Shown one piece after another: positions 1 to 9,542 of a DNA stretch of 64,000 nucleotides. The notes under the pieces were generated by a model. The model saw nothing but the letters and a program-made list of their open reading frames with translations. It did not search any database and was not told the origin of the DNA. Position 1 is the first letter of the stretch, and every line of letters starts with the position of its first letter. A program made the position numbers and the translations under genes. Origin of the DNA: Candidatus Gottesmanbacteria bacterium (lineage in GTDB: Bacteria; Patescibacteriota; Microgenomatia; UBA10105; UBA927); NCBI GenBank assembly GCA_963701185.1, contig OY969569.1:318268-382267 (forward strand), given 5' to 3'.

Positions 1-1
1 A

Positions 2-985
2 GCGTCAATCAATCCAGCATTGTTGGTTGGAGGCAATAACGTAATTGCCGTGGAAATGCACCAATCGACTGCGGGAAGTTCTGATTTGAGCATGGATTTG
101 GAATTGATCGCCGATCTGGCCGGAACCACTCCTACCCCGACCCCAATCTCAGGACAATGCCAGTCGGCAATAGTCCCTGCTTATTTTTATCCACCCGGAT
201 ACTGGAATCAATTGACGATAAATCATACGACCCGGGACGTCGCCGTTATGAACCCCAATAGCGGTCCGGGGACGAGTGTTAATCAGGAATATGTCACAGC
301 AGTTAACCAGGCAAGAAATAACGGACTGGAAGTAAGCGGTTATGTGGCTACCGGTTATGGAGCCAAAGATATAAATTTGGTTAAAAATGAAATTAACAAT
401 TATGCGGCTTGGTACGGGGTTAACTCAATTTTCCTGGACGAAGCTGCATCTACCCAGTCGCTGTTAAGTTACTATCAAGAACTTTATACATATATAAAAA
501 CCAGGAACGGAAGTGTAACAATTAATCCCGGAACAGTACCGTACGAAGGATATATGAATGTGGCGGACCATGTGGTGATATTTGAAAATAATTACACCGC
601 CTATGCATCAACTACTTTTCCAAGTTGGATTACCAATTACAATGCGAATAAATTTGTCCATTTGGTATATAACACTCCTGAATCATTATTAACAGCCGCG
701 ATTAATAAGGCCAAAAGTGCCAATGCAGGATTTGTTTATATTACCAATGATGATTTACCCAATCCCTGGGATACATTGCCATCCTATTGGAACAGTGAAG
801 TAAATTTGAAATGTGCTACCACAAAACCGGATGCTAATGGTGATGGTTTGGTAAATGAAGCGGATTATAATATTTGGCTCAGTCATTACGGACAAACAGT
901 ATTAGGAATAAGTATGGGAGATTTTAATAATGACAATAAAGTTGACGGTATCGATTACGTAATATGGTTAAATAATTTACCGTAA
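2..985 (+). CDS. Secreted spherulin-4/GH135-like glycoside hydrolase with C-terminal dockerin-like repeats (5'-truncated by window edge)
   Basis: Motifs IVPAYFYP, NPNSGPG, GYVATGY, IFLDE, INPG, VIFE and NPWDTLPSYW. C-terminal DANGDGLVNEADY / GDFNNDNKVDGIDY repeats. Frame is open to the window start. Confidence 0.85.
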   Translation, partial: ASINPALLVGGNNVIAVEMHQSTAGSSDLSMDLELIADLAGTTPTPTPISGQCQSAIVPAYFYPPGYWNQLTINHTTRDVAVMNPNSGPGTSVNQEYVTAVNQARNNGLEVSGYVATGYGAKDINLVKNEINNYAAWYGVNSIFLDEAASTQSLLSYYQELYTYIKTRNGSVTINPGTVPYEGYMNVADHVVIFENNYTAYASTTFPSWITNYNANKFVHLVYNTPESLLTAAINKAKSANAGFVYITNDDLPNPWDTLPSYWNSEVNLKCATTKPDANGDGLVNEADYNIWLSHYGQTVLGISMGDFNNDNKVDGIDYVIWLNNLP

Positions 986-1001
986 AGCACCAGTCAATTC
1001 G

Positions 1002-2465
1002 TTACCGGTGGTTCATTAGCCAAATAACATAATCCACTCCATCTACGAAACCGTTTGAATCAAAATCCCCATCACTCGGTCCATTCGCAGTTGAAGTTTT
1101 GTAATGATTAATCCACACCAAGTAATCAATCTCATTGACATATCCATCACCGTTAGCATCTCCCGGGAAAACTGGATTGGAAGACGGAGAGGGAGTTACG
1201 GTGGATGACGGCGGCTGCGATAAGAAGACACTGGTGCGGTCCGGCGCACCGGCTAATTTGCGGTATTCATCCCAACTAAATAATTGACCGGTGCTGTCAT
1301 ACATTAGATGAGTATTCGGATTGCCGTCGGTGTAATACGTATTACCGTCAATGGTGTTGTTGGCCGCAAATTCAGCCATAGATCCTCTTGCGGCGAGAAA
1401 TAAGTATTTCGGGGAGATCGCTCTGTCCTGAATGAATAAATTATTCGTAATGTAATTGCCGGTATTTAGTAATCCTCCTTGGAAAGCAAAGTTCGCACTG
1501 CCGGAAACATTTTTTACATTCTTTGAAATATTGGCGTAAATTTCGTTGTTATCCGCATCGGAATCCATCATGATGTTCGCATTTGTATTGTTGTAGACAT
1601 AGTTGCCAAAAATTTTTGCTTTGTTATGTCCGATGTAAATACCAACGTTATTCTCATAAGCGGTGTTATTTTTGAGCGTTGGAGAATATGGGCTGGTATA
1701 AATAGATTCGCTGTTAATTTTGAAACCGGCCGACGAATTGTAAGCGGCAACGCTATCTTGAATTGTCACCCCAAACTTAACGTAGAAACCGTGATGGGCA
1801 TAGATATCGTGTCCATTGTGGTGGGCATTACTATTCTTAATCAGGATATCATGAGGCCCTTTTGCTCCGGTATCTGACCCGATTAACGCACCATTCTTAT
1901 AATTGTAAGCAAACTCACTGGTGTCTAAGGTGATATTGTAGGATTCTTGACCTGCCCCCCAACCAGCGGCAAAACCAGATGCAATGGCAGAATTCCTAAA
2001 TATATCGTTATAAAAATACATACTGTGGGTATAAACCAAAGCAGTTGCCGTGCTGGCTGCTCCGGAAAAGTCAAGGTTTTCATAACGTAAATGATGGACA
2101 TATGGTCCATCTATATATAAAGCGTTGGATGCCGACCCATCGATAATCGGGCGTGCACCTGATCCGTAAGCTCCATATGTTATCCATGCAACGTCGGTTC
2201 CACTTCGCGTCGGTTTTAACTGACCCGCAAATGTTTCCCCACGTTTAAATAACACCTGATCTCCAGGATTTAAGAGCGCAGCATTAACCTTGGCAATTGT
2301 TTTCCAGGGAAGATCTGCGGACAGGCCGGTCTGACTATCAACTCCGTTTGATGAAACATAATACGTGGCAGCAAAGACGGCTTTTGGATTGGCTAATATG
2401 ACTAAGCTAACAAACAAAAATATACAAAAACGACTACTGACAATATTTTTAAAATATTTTTTCAC
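1002..2465 (-). CDS. Secreted right-handed beta-helix (pectin lyase-like) protein with dockerin-like C-terminus
   Basis: Signal peptide, ATYYVSSNGVD...PWKTIAKVN...PGDQVLFKRGETF start, Asn-rich parallel beta-helix repeats, P/S/T linker, paired GDANGDG/GDFDSNG repeats. Confidence 0.8.
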   Translation of the reverse strand: MKKYFKNIVSSRFCIFLFVSLVILANPKAVFAATYYVSSNGVDSQTGLSADLPWKTIAKVNAALLNPGDQVLFKRGETFAGQLKPTRSGTDVAWITYGAYGSGARPIIDGSASNALYIDGPYVHHLRYENLDFSGAASTATALVYTHSMYFYNDIFRNSAIASGFAAGWGAGQESYNITLDTSEFAYNYKNGALIGSDTGAKGPHDILIKNSNAHHNGHDIYAHHGFYVKFGVTIQDSVAAYNSSAGFKINSESIYTSPYSPTLKNNTAYENNVGIYIGHNKAKIFGNYVYNNTNANIMMDSDADNNEIYANISKNVKNVSGSANFAFQGGLLNTGNYITNNLFIQDRAISPKYLFLAARGSMAEFAANNTIDGNTYYTDGNPNTHLMYDSTGQLFSWDEYRKLAGAPDRTSVFLSQPPSSTVTPSPSSNPVFPGDANGDGYVNEIDYLVWINHYKTSTANGPSDGDFDSNGFVDGVDYVIWLMNHR

Positions 2466-2628
2466 GTATACAATCCTCCACTTTTATTATAGACTAAAAC
2501 TAAACTTTTTGTTACAAGTATTGAATTGTTGCCGATTGGTGAAACATGATGTGTTAATTATAACCTAAAAAGACGCTGACCGCACAATTTTCATTGTCTC
2601 TCACAAATACAGGTGATATGCTGGGATT

Positions 2629-3774
2629 GTGAGATCTGTACTTATTGTCGTCGCTCTTCTGGGCGCCGCTTTTTTCATCGGACTGTCTTCAACGCTTTTG
2701 TCACCACGGCACACTACATCCACTCAGGAAGCGGCCGCACGGGAGTTTACTCTTGAGGGCTTATTAACCGTTCCTACCGGCACCACCGCTGCGGCTATTT
2801 TGGGATCTATCAGCGTCAACGGGGATATTCCTGCCGGTTCCACGATGAACGTGGAAGCAAGACAAACCGGAACTGCGCAATTTAGTACCGTCCTGCAAAA
2901 TATTCCGGCAAAATCAAATCAAACATTTTCTTATACCAAGGCAACACTTAGCGTTACTTATGACATGAAAGTCACGCTTCTTTCTCCGACAAGTAAAGTC
3001 ATCGGGTCATCAGAAATCCTTACGGTATCGGCCCCTTCTCTGAACGTCCAATTCAAACTGGATTCTGTGCTCCCACCCGCGACTCCCACCCCAAGCCCGG
3101 AAGCGATAACACCAACACCGGCTCTTACGCCTACTCTTACCCCTCCATCCACTCTTGCTCTTGCAACAATTTCAGGAAATATTAGCTTCTACGGCGTGAC
3201 ACCGATTAACTCGCGCATTGTTATCCTGCAAAAATTGGCGAATGCCTCTTCGTATCAGGTGGCGGTAGACAATGTGCTTCCCATCAACGGGACCATGTGG
3301 CAATGGGATCATTCCCTGCGTGGTACTTCCTATTCGGTTATCGCTGTACTTAAACAGAAACGTAGTGACGGGATGGATACGGATTTCGCCTCTTCCGCTC
3401 CGATTACCGTTACCGCACCTGCGGCATCTACTGTTTTGACCGTTAATTCTCATCATACGTTAACGAAACCATCAGAAATCTCAAGCGTCAGCTGTACAAC
3501 ATATAACGGCGGTCCAAATCAAAATACATGGAATGTTACCGTAAATTTCCCTTCTTTTACCGGCGCACAATCATATTGGCTTGAGATTGGTACGACCGAC
3601 GGTGGATATGATATCGCTAACACGTATGGAAGCGCGACTGCGGTCTCGACTGTATTCAAAAATAATACTGCCTATTATGCGAGGTATGCGTATGCCGCAG
3701 TTTCAGGCGTGGATACCGGAAGCGGGCAGTACTCAATATTTTCGGATACAACCCGACTTATGTGCAGCAAATGA
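2629..3774 (+). CDS. Secreted/membrane-anchored beta-sandwich repeat protein
   Basis: N-terminal hydrophobic helix, two similar beta-rich domains separated by a PT linker. Confidence 0.7.
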   Translation: MRSVLIVVALLGAAFFIGLSSTLLSPRHTTSTQEAAAREFTLEGLLTVPTGTTAAAILGSISVNGDIPAGSTMNVEARQTGTAQFSTVLQNIPAKSNQTFSYTKATLSVTYDMKVTLLSPTSKVIGSSEILTVSAPSLNVQFKLDSVLPPATPTPSPEAITPTPALTPTLTPPSTLALATISGNISFYGVTPINSRIVILQKLANASSYQVAVDNVLPINGTMWQWDHSLRGTSYSVIAVLKQKRSDGMDTDFASSAPITVTAPAASTVLTVNSHHTLTKPSEISSVSCTTYNGGPNQNTWNVTVNFPSFTGAQSYWLEIGTTDGGYDIANTYGSATAVSTVFKNNTAYYARYAYAAVSGVDTGSGQYSIFSDTTRLMCSK

Positions 3775-3793
3775 TCAAGGTTCTTTTTGTATA

Positions 3794-4759
3794 TCAATAA
3801 ATAATAGTAGAATCTTTAACGATTTCCTTCATATAAAGAGCCCAGCCTTGGTCGTTGAAACTCTCACCTCTTTTTGCTAAAACGGCATATTTTTCGGCCA
3901 ACGGGATAAAGTTGGGAAAAATTTCAGCCGTTTTCTTTCCGTCTATCTTCATCATGCTTTCCACCACCGCAGCCAGATACCACGTCGCATAAAGCTCGGT
4001 TTGAGAGCCTTTTACTGCGGTTAAAAAAAAATCCGTTGGCGGCGAATTATTAACAGCTTCACTATATTCCCTCCAACTTTCTATATAGCGCTTTGCCTGA
4101 AAAAGGTGGGCCGCTTCGTGGCACATAATAAAAGCATCTGCCAGTAAATTTGGCTTATACTCCTCAAAACCCAGGTGCAAATCAGAATTGAAATTTATCG
4201 TGCTATGCATCCCGCGCTCCGGATTCCAGGAATAATGATAATCTGCCCCAGTCCGACCGCTATGTTTATCCGGATTTTGTGAAAAAGATTCTGCCTTAAT
4301 TTCCAATACACCCGCTCCCACTAAAGTATTCAACTGATTGGCCACATCACGAAACGGCGCAAACCCGGATTCAACCATCGCGGGAAGAAGAATGTTCCGG
4401 TAGTAGTCTCCAAGTACGGCATCTTTTGCTTCAAGATTCGGGATATTTACCGTAGGAAAATTATTTGGTGTTAAAAATTTTTCCGCAACATACGTTTTTA
4501 CCTGTTCATCGGGTTTGTAAGTAGGATCAGGGGAAGAAAGATCTGCGGACATCTTGGATAAAAAGATCTGCCAGCTGACGATATCATCACTGGCCAGCGC
4601 CTGATCGAAAAGCTCTTTTCGGGAAATGCCGGGAGTAGGGGTCGGTAATCGGGGGGCATCCGGCACACAACCGGTCAATAAAGCGGCAAGAGTCAAGCCG
4701 CTAAGTTTTAAAAAATTCTTCCGGGAAATTTGAGGGGGTTTTTCCAATTTTCGATCCAT
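3794..4759 (-). CDS. Putative Tat-like lipoprotein with HEXXH motif
   Basis: SRKNFLK twin-arginine-like signal, LLTGC lipobox, HEAAH. Start placed at MDRKLEK. Confidence 0.6.
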   Translation of the reverse strand: MDRKLEKPPQISRKNFLKLSGLTLAALLTGCVPDAPRLPTPTPGISRKELFDQALASDDIVSWQIFLSKMSADLSSPDPTYKPDEQVKTYVAEKFLTPNNFPTVNIPNLEAKDAVLGDYYRNILLPAMVESGFAPFRDVANQLNTLVGAGVLEIKAESFSQNPDKHSGRTGADYHYSWNPERGMHSTINFNSDLHLGFEEYKPNLLADAFIMCHEAAHLFQAKRYIESWREYSEAVNNSPPTDFFLTAVKGSQTELYATWYLAAVVESMMKIDGKKTAEIFPNFIPLAEKYAVLAKRGESFNDQGWALYMKEIVKDSTIIY

Positions 4760-4816
4760 GTAGACATGATACCATAAAAACAATAAAAATCAGTTTGTGA
4801 TGGGAAATAATACGAG

Positions 4817-5599
4817 TTACTGTATACAGAATAGGCTTCCGACCGGCGTGAGTTCGGAAAGATTCGTTTCTCCGTTATAAAACGCCGAGGCGCTGCCGCC
4901 GTCAAGATTGACTGCGTCCGCAATCCCAAGATTTTCTTTCCGGCTTATGGAAGAAACAATCGACGGAAGGGACGCCAGAAGCGGCCCTGAATACACGGAA
5001 TCTTTGGAATAGACCGCAAGAAATACAAATTGACCGTCTACTGTTTTTCCCACGACCATCCGTCTGGCATGTTCGTCCTTTTGAATAACAAGGGACAGGT
5101 CCGTGCTATTGAATAAAAGGAGTGGTCCTGTTTGCAGGGCAAAACGGTAGAATGTATGCGGCAGGTCCGATGAGATAATCGCATCGCCGCTTCCGTCTGC
5201 CCAAAAAAATCCGTTAACCAACGCGCTGGGTATTTTGGCTCCGAAGGTTTTTTTGTCCGTATAGAAAAACCCCAGCGGTTTGCCTGCCGTATCATAAAAT
5301 CCTCCGTTAACGGATTCTTTGCAGCTATTGTTCATTCCTAATGACTTCGCATCCTGTCTCCCGCTGAAATTAGGAATAAGAGTAATCGCGGATGCCGTCG
5401 CCGCACGTATAACTGCATAGGAATACACAGCATCGCCGGCCGGTATTGTCAGTTCGGATTGTGTGTTTTCCGGTGTGGGTGTCGGCGTATCAGCGAGTAG
5501 CGGAGGGTTCTCATTACGGGGGGTAGCGGCAAATTGAAACACCATCCATGCCAGGACAACAACACAGAGAGCCGTGACAATGATGAATACCCGCTTCAT
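4817..5599 (-). CDS. Phosphodiester glycosidase (NAGPA-like) family protein
   Basis: VNGGFY, QTGPLL and AVNLDGGSAS motifs; N-terminal membrane anchor. Confidence 0.8.
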   Translation of the reverse strand: MKRVFIIVTALCVVVLAWMVFQFAATPRNENPPLLADTPTPTPENTQSELTIPAGDAVYSYAVIRAATASAITLIPNFSGRQDAKSLGMNNSCKESVNGGFYDTAGKPLGFFYTDKKTFGAKIPSALVNGFFWADGSGDAIISSDLPHTFYRFALQTGPLLLFNSTDLSLVIQKDEHARRMVVGKTVDGQFVFLAVYSKDSVYSGPLLASLPSIVSSISRKENLGIADAVNLDGGSASAFYNGETNLSELTPVGSLFCIQ

Positions 5600-6345
5600 G
5601 TCTGTCCGCCCTTTTTCCAAAGAGGGGAGTTAATCAGGGGAGAGAAAATATCCTCAGTTATGGAAATATGAAGAGCCTGTATTTCTTTTGCCGTCGGCGG
5701 CCGGTCGGCAAACCGGACAAAGGGCACACCGGAAATAACGGAAAGAGGCGTTTGTTCGTTTCCTTCTCCCATCACCAGGACTGCCGCAGCACTCAGTCCG
5801 TCCAAAACACTTGCCTTCGTAACGTGCAGAAGCCTTCCAAAAATATCCGGTTGGTCGATATAATTCTTAAGCGGCTCAAACCCGCAGAATCCGATGCCGA
5901 TTCCCGTCACGCCCCACCGCAGCGGCGTTGTATGGCTGTCGATGATGATGACCCCTACATGTTTCAGGTGGTGCGTTTCCCGCAGATGCCTCCACACATC
6001 CGCTGCCGTTTTTTCAATATTCACCGGCCAAAGAATAAAGTAGCCGTTTCCGTTGCTTTCATCGATGCCGGACGAGGCAATGAGCGTATCATTTTTTACC
6101 GTGAGCACGATGCCCCATTGACGGGAATTTTCTTCCTCCATGTAGAGCTGGGACTCCTTGTGAATAAGGTCGTGTTTATCGATGGTCCCGTCGTTTTTGA
6201 TAACGCGCCCCTGGCAGATGCTGACGATTTTTGACGTAACGGCCACCACGCTTCGTTCCGGAAGTTTCGGAAGGCATGCGTCGAGTGTTTCCAACAGCCG
6301 GTTTCCGACAACAATTTTTGGAGTCTTATACGCCGTGACGATCAT
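5596..6345 (-). CDS. CofE-like gamma-glutamyl ligase (F420-0:glutamate ligase family)
   Basis: VTSKIVS, SGIDESN, IIDSHTTPLRWGVTG and MGEGNEQTP motifs. Confidence 0.85.
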   Translation of the reverse strand: MIVTAYKTPKIVVGNRLLETLDACLPKLPERSVVAVTSKIVSICQGRVIKNDGTIDKHDLIHKESQLYMEEENSRQWGIVLTVKNDTLIASSGIDESNGNGYFILWPVNIEKTAADVWRHLRETHHLKHVGVIIIDSHTTPLRWGVTGIGIGFCGFEPLKNYIDQPDIFGRLLHVTKASVLDGLSAAAVLVMGEGNEQTPLSVISGVPFVRFADRPPTAKEIQALHISITEDIFSPLINSPLWKKGGQT

Positions 6346-6350
6346 AGGCG

Positions 6351-6761
6351 TTATCTGGGCCGGGCGGCCTTTTTTATCAATTTCGCAACGTAAATAATTT
6401 CCCGCACCTCACCGTCATCAGTTTCTATTTCGTTGGTCCCGCTCATCCGCATGTATTCCCGCAGGTAATCGGAAAGCGCGCCGTCGAGCTCTTTTGTTTG
6501 GACAGCCAAATCTTTCACTTTATCCGCCAGGCCGCGGTTTGCGGGCAGCTGCATGATCTGATATTTGGTGAGTGCCTTTGTTTTGGCGGCTTTCTTGGCT
6601 TCCTCCGTATGCAGACGGTACGTTTCATCGTTCAAAAGCGCACTTTCGAGCATTTCCCGCTGTTTTTTCAGCTCCGCCCTGTTTTTATCAATCAGAGAAA
6701 TATGATTCTTAATCGTGGCTTCCAACTCCAGAAGTACTGTTGCACCGTTATCGTCTGCCAT
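6351..6761 (-). CDS. Hypothetical coiled-coil protein
   Basis: 136 aa helical ORF, co-oriented and tightly packed with the downstream genes. Confidence 0.7.
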   Translation of the reverse strand: MADDNGATVLLELEATIKNHISLIDKNRAELKKQREMLESALLNDETYRLHTEEAKKAAKTKALTKYQIMQLPANRGLADKVKDLAVQTKELDGALSDYLREYMRMSGTNEIETDDGEVREIIYVAKLIKKAARPR

Positions 6762-6827
6762 AGATACCTACTATACAAACAAGTCGAGTGGTAAATCAAG
6801 AGGGAAATAGTGTAAAATACACGTACG

Positions 6828-6901
6828 GCCCCCATCGTCTAGCGGCCTAGGACAGTGGGTTTTCAGCCCATTAATCTCCGGTTCGAATCCGGATGGGGGT
6901 A
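6828..6901 (+). tRNA. tRNA-Glu(UUC)
   Basis: GCCCCCA/TGGGGGT acceptor stem, anticodon loop TT-TTC-AG, GTTCGAATCC T-arm. Confidence 0.93.
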
Positions 6902-6908
6902 CTCACAT

Positions 6909-6930
6909 AACCCGCCGTGGGCGGGTTTAT
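6909..6930 (+). terminator. Hairpin terminator after tRNA-Glu
   Basis: AACCCGCC-GTG-GGCGGGTT followed by a short T-rich tail. Confidence 0.55.
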
Positions 6931-6938
6931 TGGTCTCT

Positions 6939-7601
6939 ATGACACATGAATTTGATCAATCACTATTAACTGAATTTTATTCAAAATTATATGGCGGGAA
7001 CGCAAAGCATGATAGTCCGGAGTTTAGCCGAATACGCATGATCCGGTATCTCGCAAGCGAACTATCTGCCCGGGGAGAAAAAGTAAAAATATTGAATGTG
7101 GGCGCGGGCAGGCAATCTCTCGAAAAACAATTCCTTACTGCGTATCGACGGATGGGGTGGATAAAAAATCTATCGTTTGTCACCGTTGATATAGCGAATA
7201 TTATTCAGTATAAGCTACTTGCAGCACATTCATCTACGGTGAGGCACGTTCAAGCAAACGCTCTTCAATTACCCTATCCGGATGATACATTTGATTTCGT
7301 TATTAGCAATTTGGCAATCGATTTTCTTCCACACTCGGCAATCGGCGAAGCATCGAGAGTGCTAAAAAAAGAGGGAGACGCCGTGTTTCATTTTCATCAT
7401 CCAACTCTTACCGATAATCCGCCCGTTCATCCGAGCATCGTTGCATTTTGGAGCTATCTTCGCACCAATAACGTGTTGTTTCAAAATGAACAACAAATAC
7501 ATGAAACGTTGCAGCAATACGGCCTTCAAACACATTCTACGCATATAGCCACCGATGGCATTGACCGTTGGTGGGAAGTCCATGCGAAAAAATCGGCGTG
7601 A
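6939..7601 (+). CDS. Class I SAM-dependent methyltransferase
   Basis: ILNVGAG, ANALQLPYPDDTFDFV and RVLKKEG motifs. Start moved downstream of the tRNA. Confidence 0.85.
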   Translation: MTHEFDQSLLTEFYSKLYGGNAKHDSPEFSRIRMIRYLASELSARGEKVKILNVGAGRQSLEKQFLTAYRRMGWIKNLSFVTVDIANIIQYKLLAAHSSTVRHVQANALQLPYPDDTFDFVISNLAIDFLPHSAIGEASRVLKKEGDAVFHFHHPTLTDNPPVHPSIVAFWSYLRTNNVLFQNEQQIHETLQQYGLQTHSTHIATDGIDRWWEVHAKKSA

Positions 7602-7624
7602 ACGTAGCATGACGGTAAAAACAT

Positions 7625-9175
7625 TTACTTCGCTACGCGATAAATCGCCATATAGCTGTTGGTATAAATCGGCGTGAGAGAGGCGGGCAGATTCTTCGTG
7701 AATGAATAGGCCACAACGCAGGAAATCCCGTTGGAAGAAAGAATCTGCAATTTTTGCGCCATTGGTGTCGCATCGGCAAAAAAGTCCGTCACTTGCCGCT
7801 CTTTGATCAAATAGTCTATCGTCGCATATTGATTGACAATAAATGCCCTGCGGCCGGTCAGTCCCGTAAACGAGATATGAAACGGCCAGATGACGAGGCA
7901 GGTCTCCTGGGGACCGATGCGTTTTTCGGCCTCCCGATACGCATCCAGCACCGTATTCGGCAGAAAATAATAGGCATTCCACTGTTGGAACGTGGCACGG
8001 GCAACCGCCTGCTGAACGGTCGGCGCAATGGTACATGCGAGAATGATTGCCGTTATCCCGACCCGAATCACATTGTAAAAAGATGGTTTGAAGCGTTTGC
8101 CAAACGCTTCGATGAGGACTGCGGCGGCACATGCCATCGTCAGCGTCGGAACAACGGAAAGGAACCGGACGTTGAGAACCGCGATAAGGGACGGAATGGG
8201 TGATAAAAAGAGCCCCCAGGAAATAAGCGTGAAGACGACAATCATCTGGCGGGCCCGGATGCGTGCGGATACAAAGAGCGGCAAACCGACGACTCCCAGA
8301 AGGACAACCGGGCCGTTGACCTGAAAGAATTTCAGGATGGTCATGTGGACCTGCTGTGTCGCTTCCCATGTAATGATCCAGCTAAACGGCGGATGAGACA
8401 ATAGTGTCCGTAAATATGCCGCGTACGGAACGGCTCCGGCTCCTATGAGGAGCAGTGCAGGGAAGAATTCTGAGTTCATGCCTTCCTTTACCCAAAACAC
8501 TGCGACCGTCGCAAGCACGACTAACACGAGCGGCGTCTGCGTGCTGGCAAGCAGGAATCCGGAAAGTACAAATAGTGCCCACGTCGTGAAGAAACGGGAA
8601 CGGGGGATACGAGTGGAACTCGCCAACAGAAGAAGCGTGCCGACTAGGACGGTTTGCGCCAAAAGATGATGCGGAATACTGGAAAATCGGGTAAACGGTT
8701 CACCGTAGTTATACCAGGACCAGTACGATTGCAGCGTCCATCCGTTGGGCGTGCGGTTCAGGTACGGCCACGCGTTGCTTGTCAGAAACAAAATATAGGC
8801 GATCGCGCTTCCTGATCGGGACGGTACAGCCATGCGTATGAGTCGATACGAAAAGAAAAGCAACAGGATGGTTAAACCGAGGATAAGAAGCTGATACCCG
8901 AGGATGTTGGAAATACCCAACACACTAAACACACGACCGGAAAGCACATAAAACCAGTGGTAAAACACCCGTGTCGTTGACTCCGGGGTGTTGATATCCA
9001 TCGATGTCAGCCAGCGGAGTTTCCCCTGAGCCATATAGGACAGGTAGTAATAGTAATCCAGAGAATAATGGACGGCTCCGGCGAATGTCGTTCCGGGAGC
9101 TTGCTTCCAGACGCCGGCGATGTAGGGGCTGAAGACAAGAAGCGCATACAATGCCGAAACGCCAATAATAAACAT
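7625..9175 (-). CDS. Multi-pass membrane protein, probable GT-C fold glycosyltransferase
   Basis: Many TM helices, early DYYYYLSYM loop, soluble C-terminal domain. TATACT lies 8 nt before the ATG at 9175. Confidence 0.6.
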   Translation of the reverse strand: MFIIGVSALYALLVFSPYIAGVWKQAPGTTFAGAVHYSLDYYYYLSYMAQGKLRWLTSMDINTPESTTRVFYHWFYVLSGRVFSVLGISNILGYQLLILGLTILLLFFSYRLIRMAVPSRSGSAIAYILFLTSNAWPYLNRTPNGWTLQSYWSWYNYGEPFTRFSSIPHHLLAQTVLVGTLLLLASSTRIPRSRFFTTWALFVLSGFLLASTQTPLVLVVLATVAVFWVKEGMNSEFFPALLLIGAGAVPYAAYLRTLLSHPPFSWIITWEATQQVHMTILKFFQVNGPVVLLGVVGLPLFVSARIRARQMIVVFTLISWGLFLSPIPSLIAVLNVRFLSVVPTLTMACAAAVLIEAFGKRFKPSFYNVIRVGITAIILACTIAPTVQQAVARATFQQWNAYYFLPNTVLDAYREAEKRIGPQETCLVIWPFHISFTGLTGRRAFIVNQYATIDYLIKERQVTDFFADATPMAQKLQILSSNGISCVVAYSFTKNLPASLTPIYTNSYMAIYRVAK

Positions 9176-9189
9176 ACGACTCAAGTATA

Positions 9190-9540
9190 CTACAGAAGAA
9201 TTCCCCGAAGAGTGACTCCCCATGTGAGCATATGACGTGCCCAGAGCTCGTGGTCGGTAATACCCAAGCGGTATTCCTTTTCCAGCCGGTCAAAAGAATG
9301 GTTGAATTTTTGAAAACCCGAATCGAAAGAAGGTGTTATGGGAAAACCCAGGAGAGCATTGAGATTTTTACGGGTAAGGCGGAGAAACAGCTCAATTCTT
9401 GGTTGTTCTTTGATAAAACTTTTTTGAGCCCAGGTGCCGATCTGCGTTAGATTTTCAGCCGTATCCAACACAAGATCACGCTGGTTTATGAGGGAATAAT
9501 TACTGGTTGCGGATTTTGGGATAATACCATCACTATACAC
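9190..9540 (-). CDS. Hypothetical protein
   Basis: 116 aa ORF directly downstream of the helicase gene. Confidence 0.55.
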   Translation of the reverse strand: MYSDGIIPKSATSNYSLINQRDLVLDTAENLTQIGTWAQKSFIKEQPRIELFLRLTRKNLNALLGFPITPSFDSGFQKFNHSFDRLEKEYRLGITDHELWARHMLTWGVTLRGILL

Positions 9541-9542
9541 GG

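Noticed and set aside
3075-3150. Pro/Thr-rich low-complexity repeats
   Set aside because: Ordinary PT linkers of secreted proteins.
6855-6938. ORF-track N-terminal extensions running through tRNAs or regulatory RNA (6855, 12979, 57649, 57826, 59489)
   Set aside because: They overlap clear RNA structures; downstream ATGs fit the protein families better.
7362-8369. Long alternative-frame or antisense ORFs (for example 7362-8369, 20680-21408, 30097-30783, 35285-36118, 43368-44153)
   Set aside because: They overlap well-supported genes and show no recognisable motifs; they are shadow ORFs.
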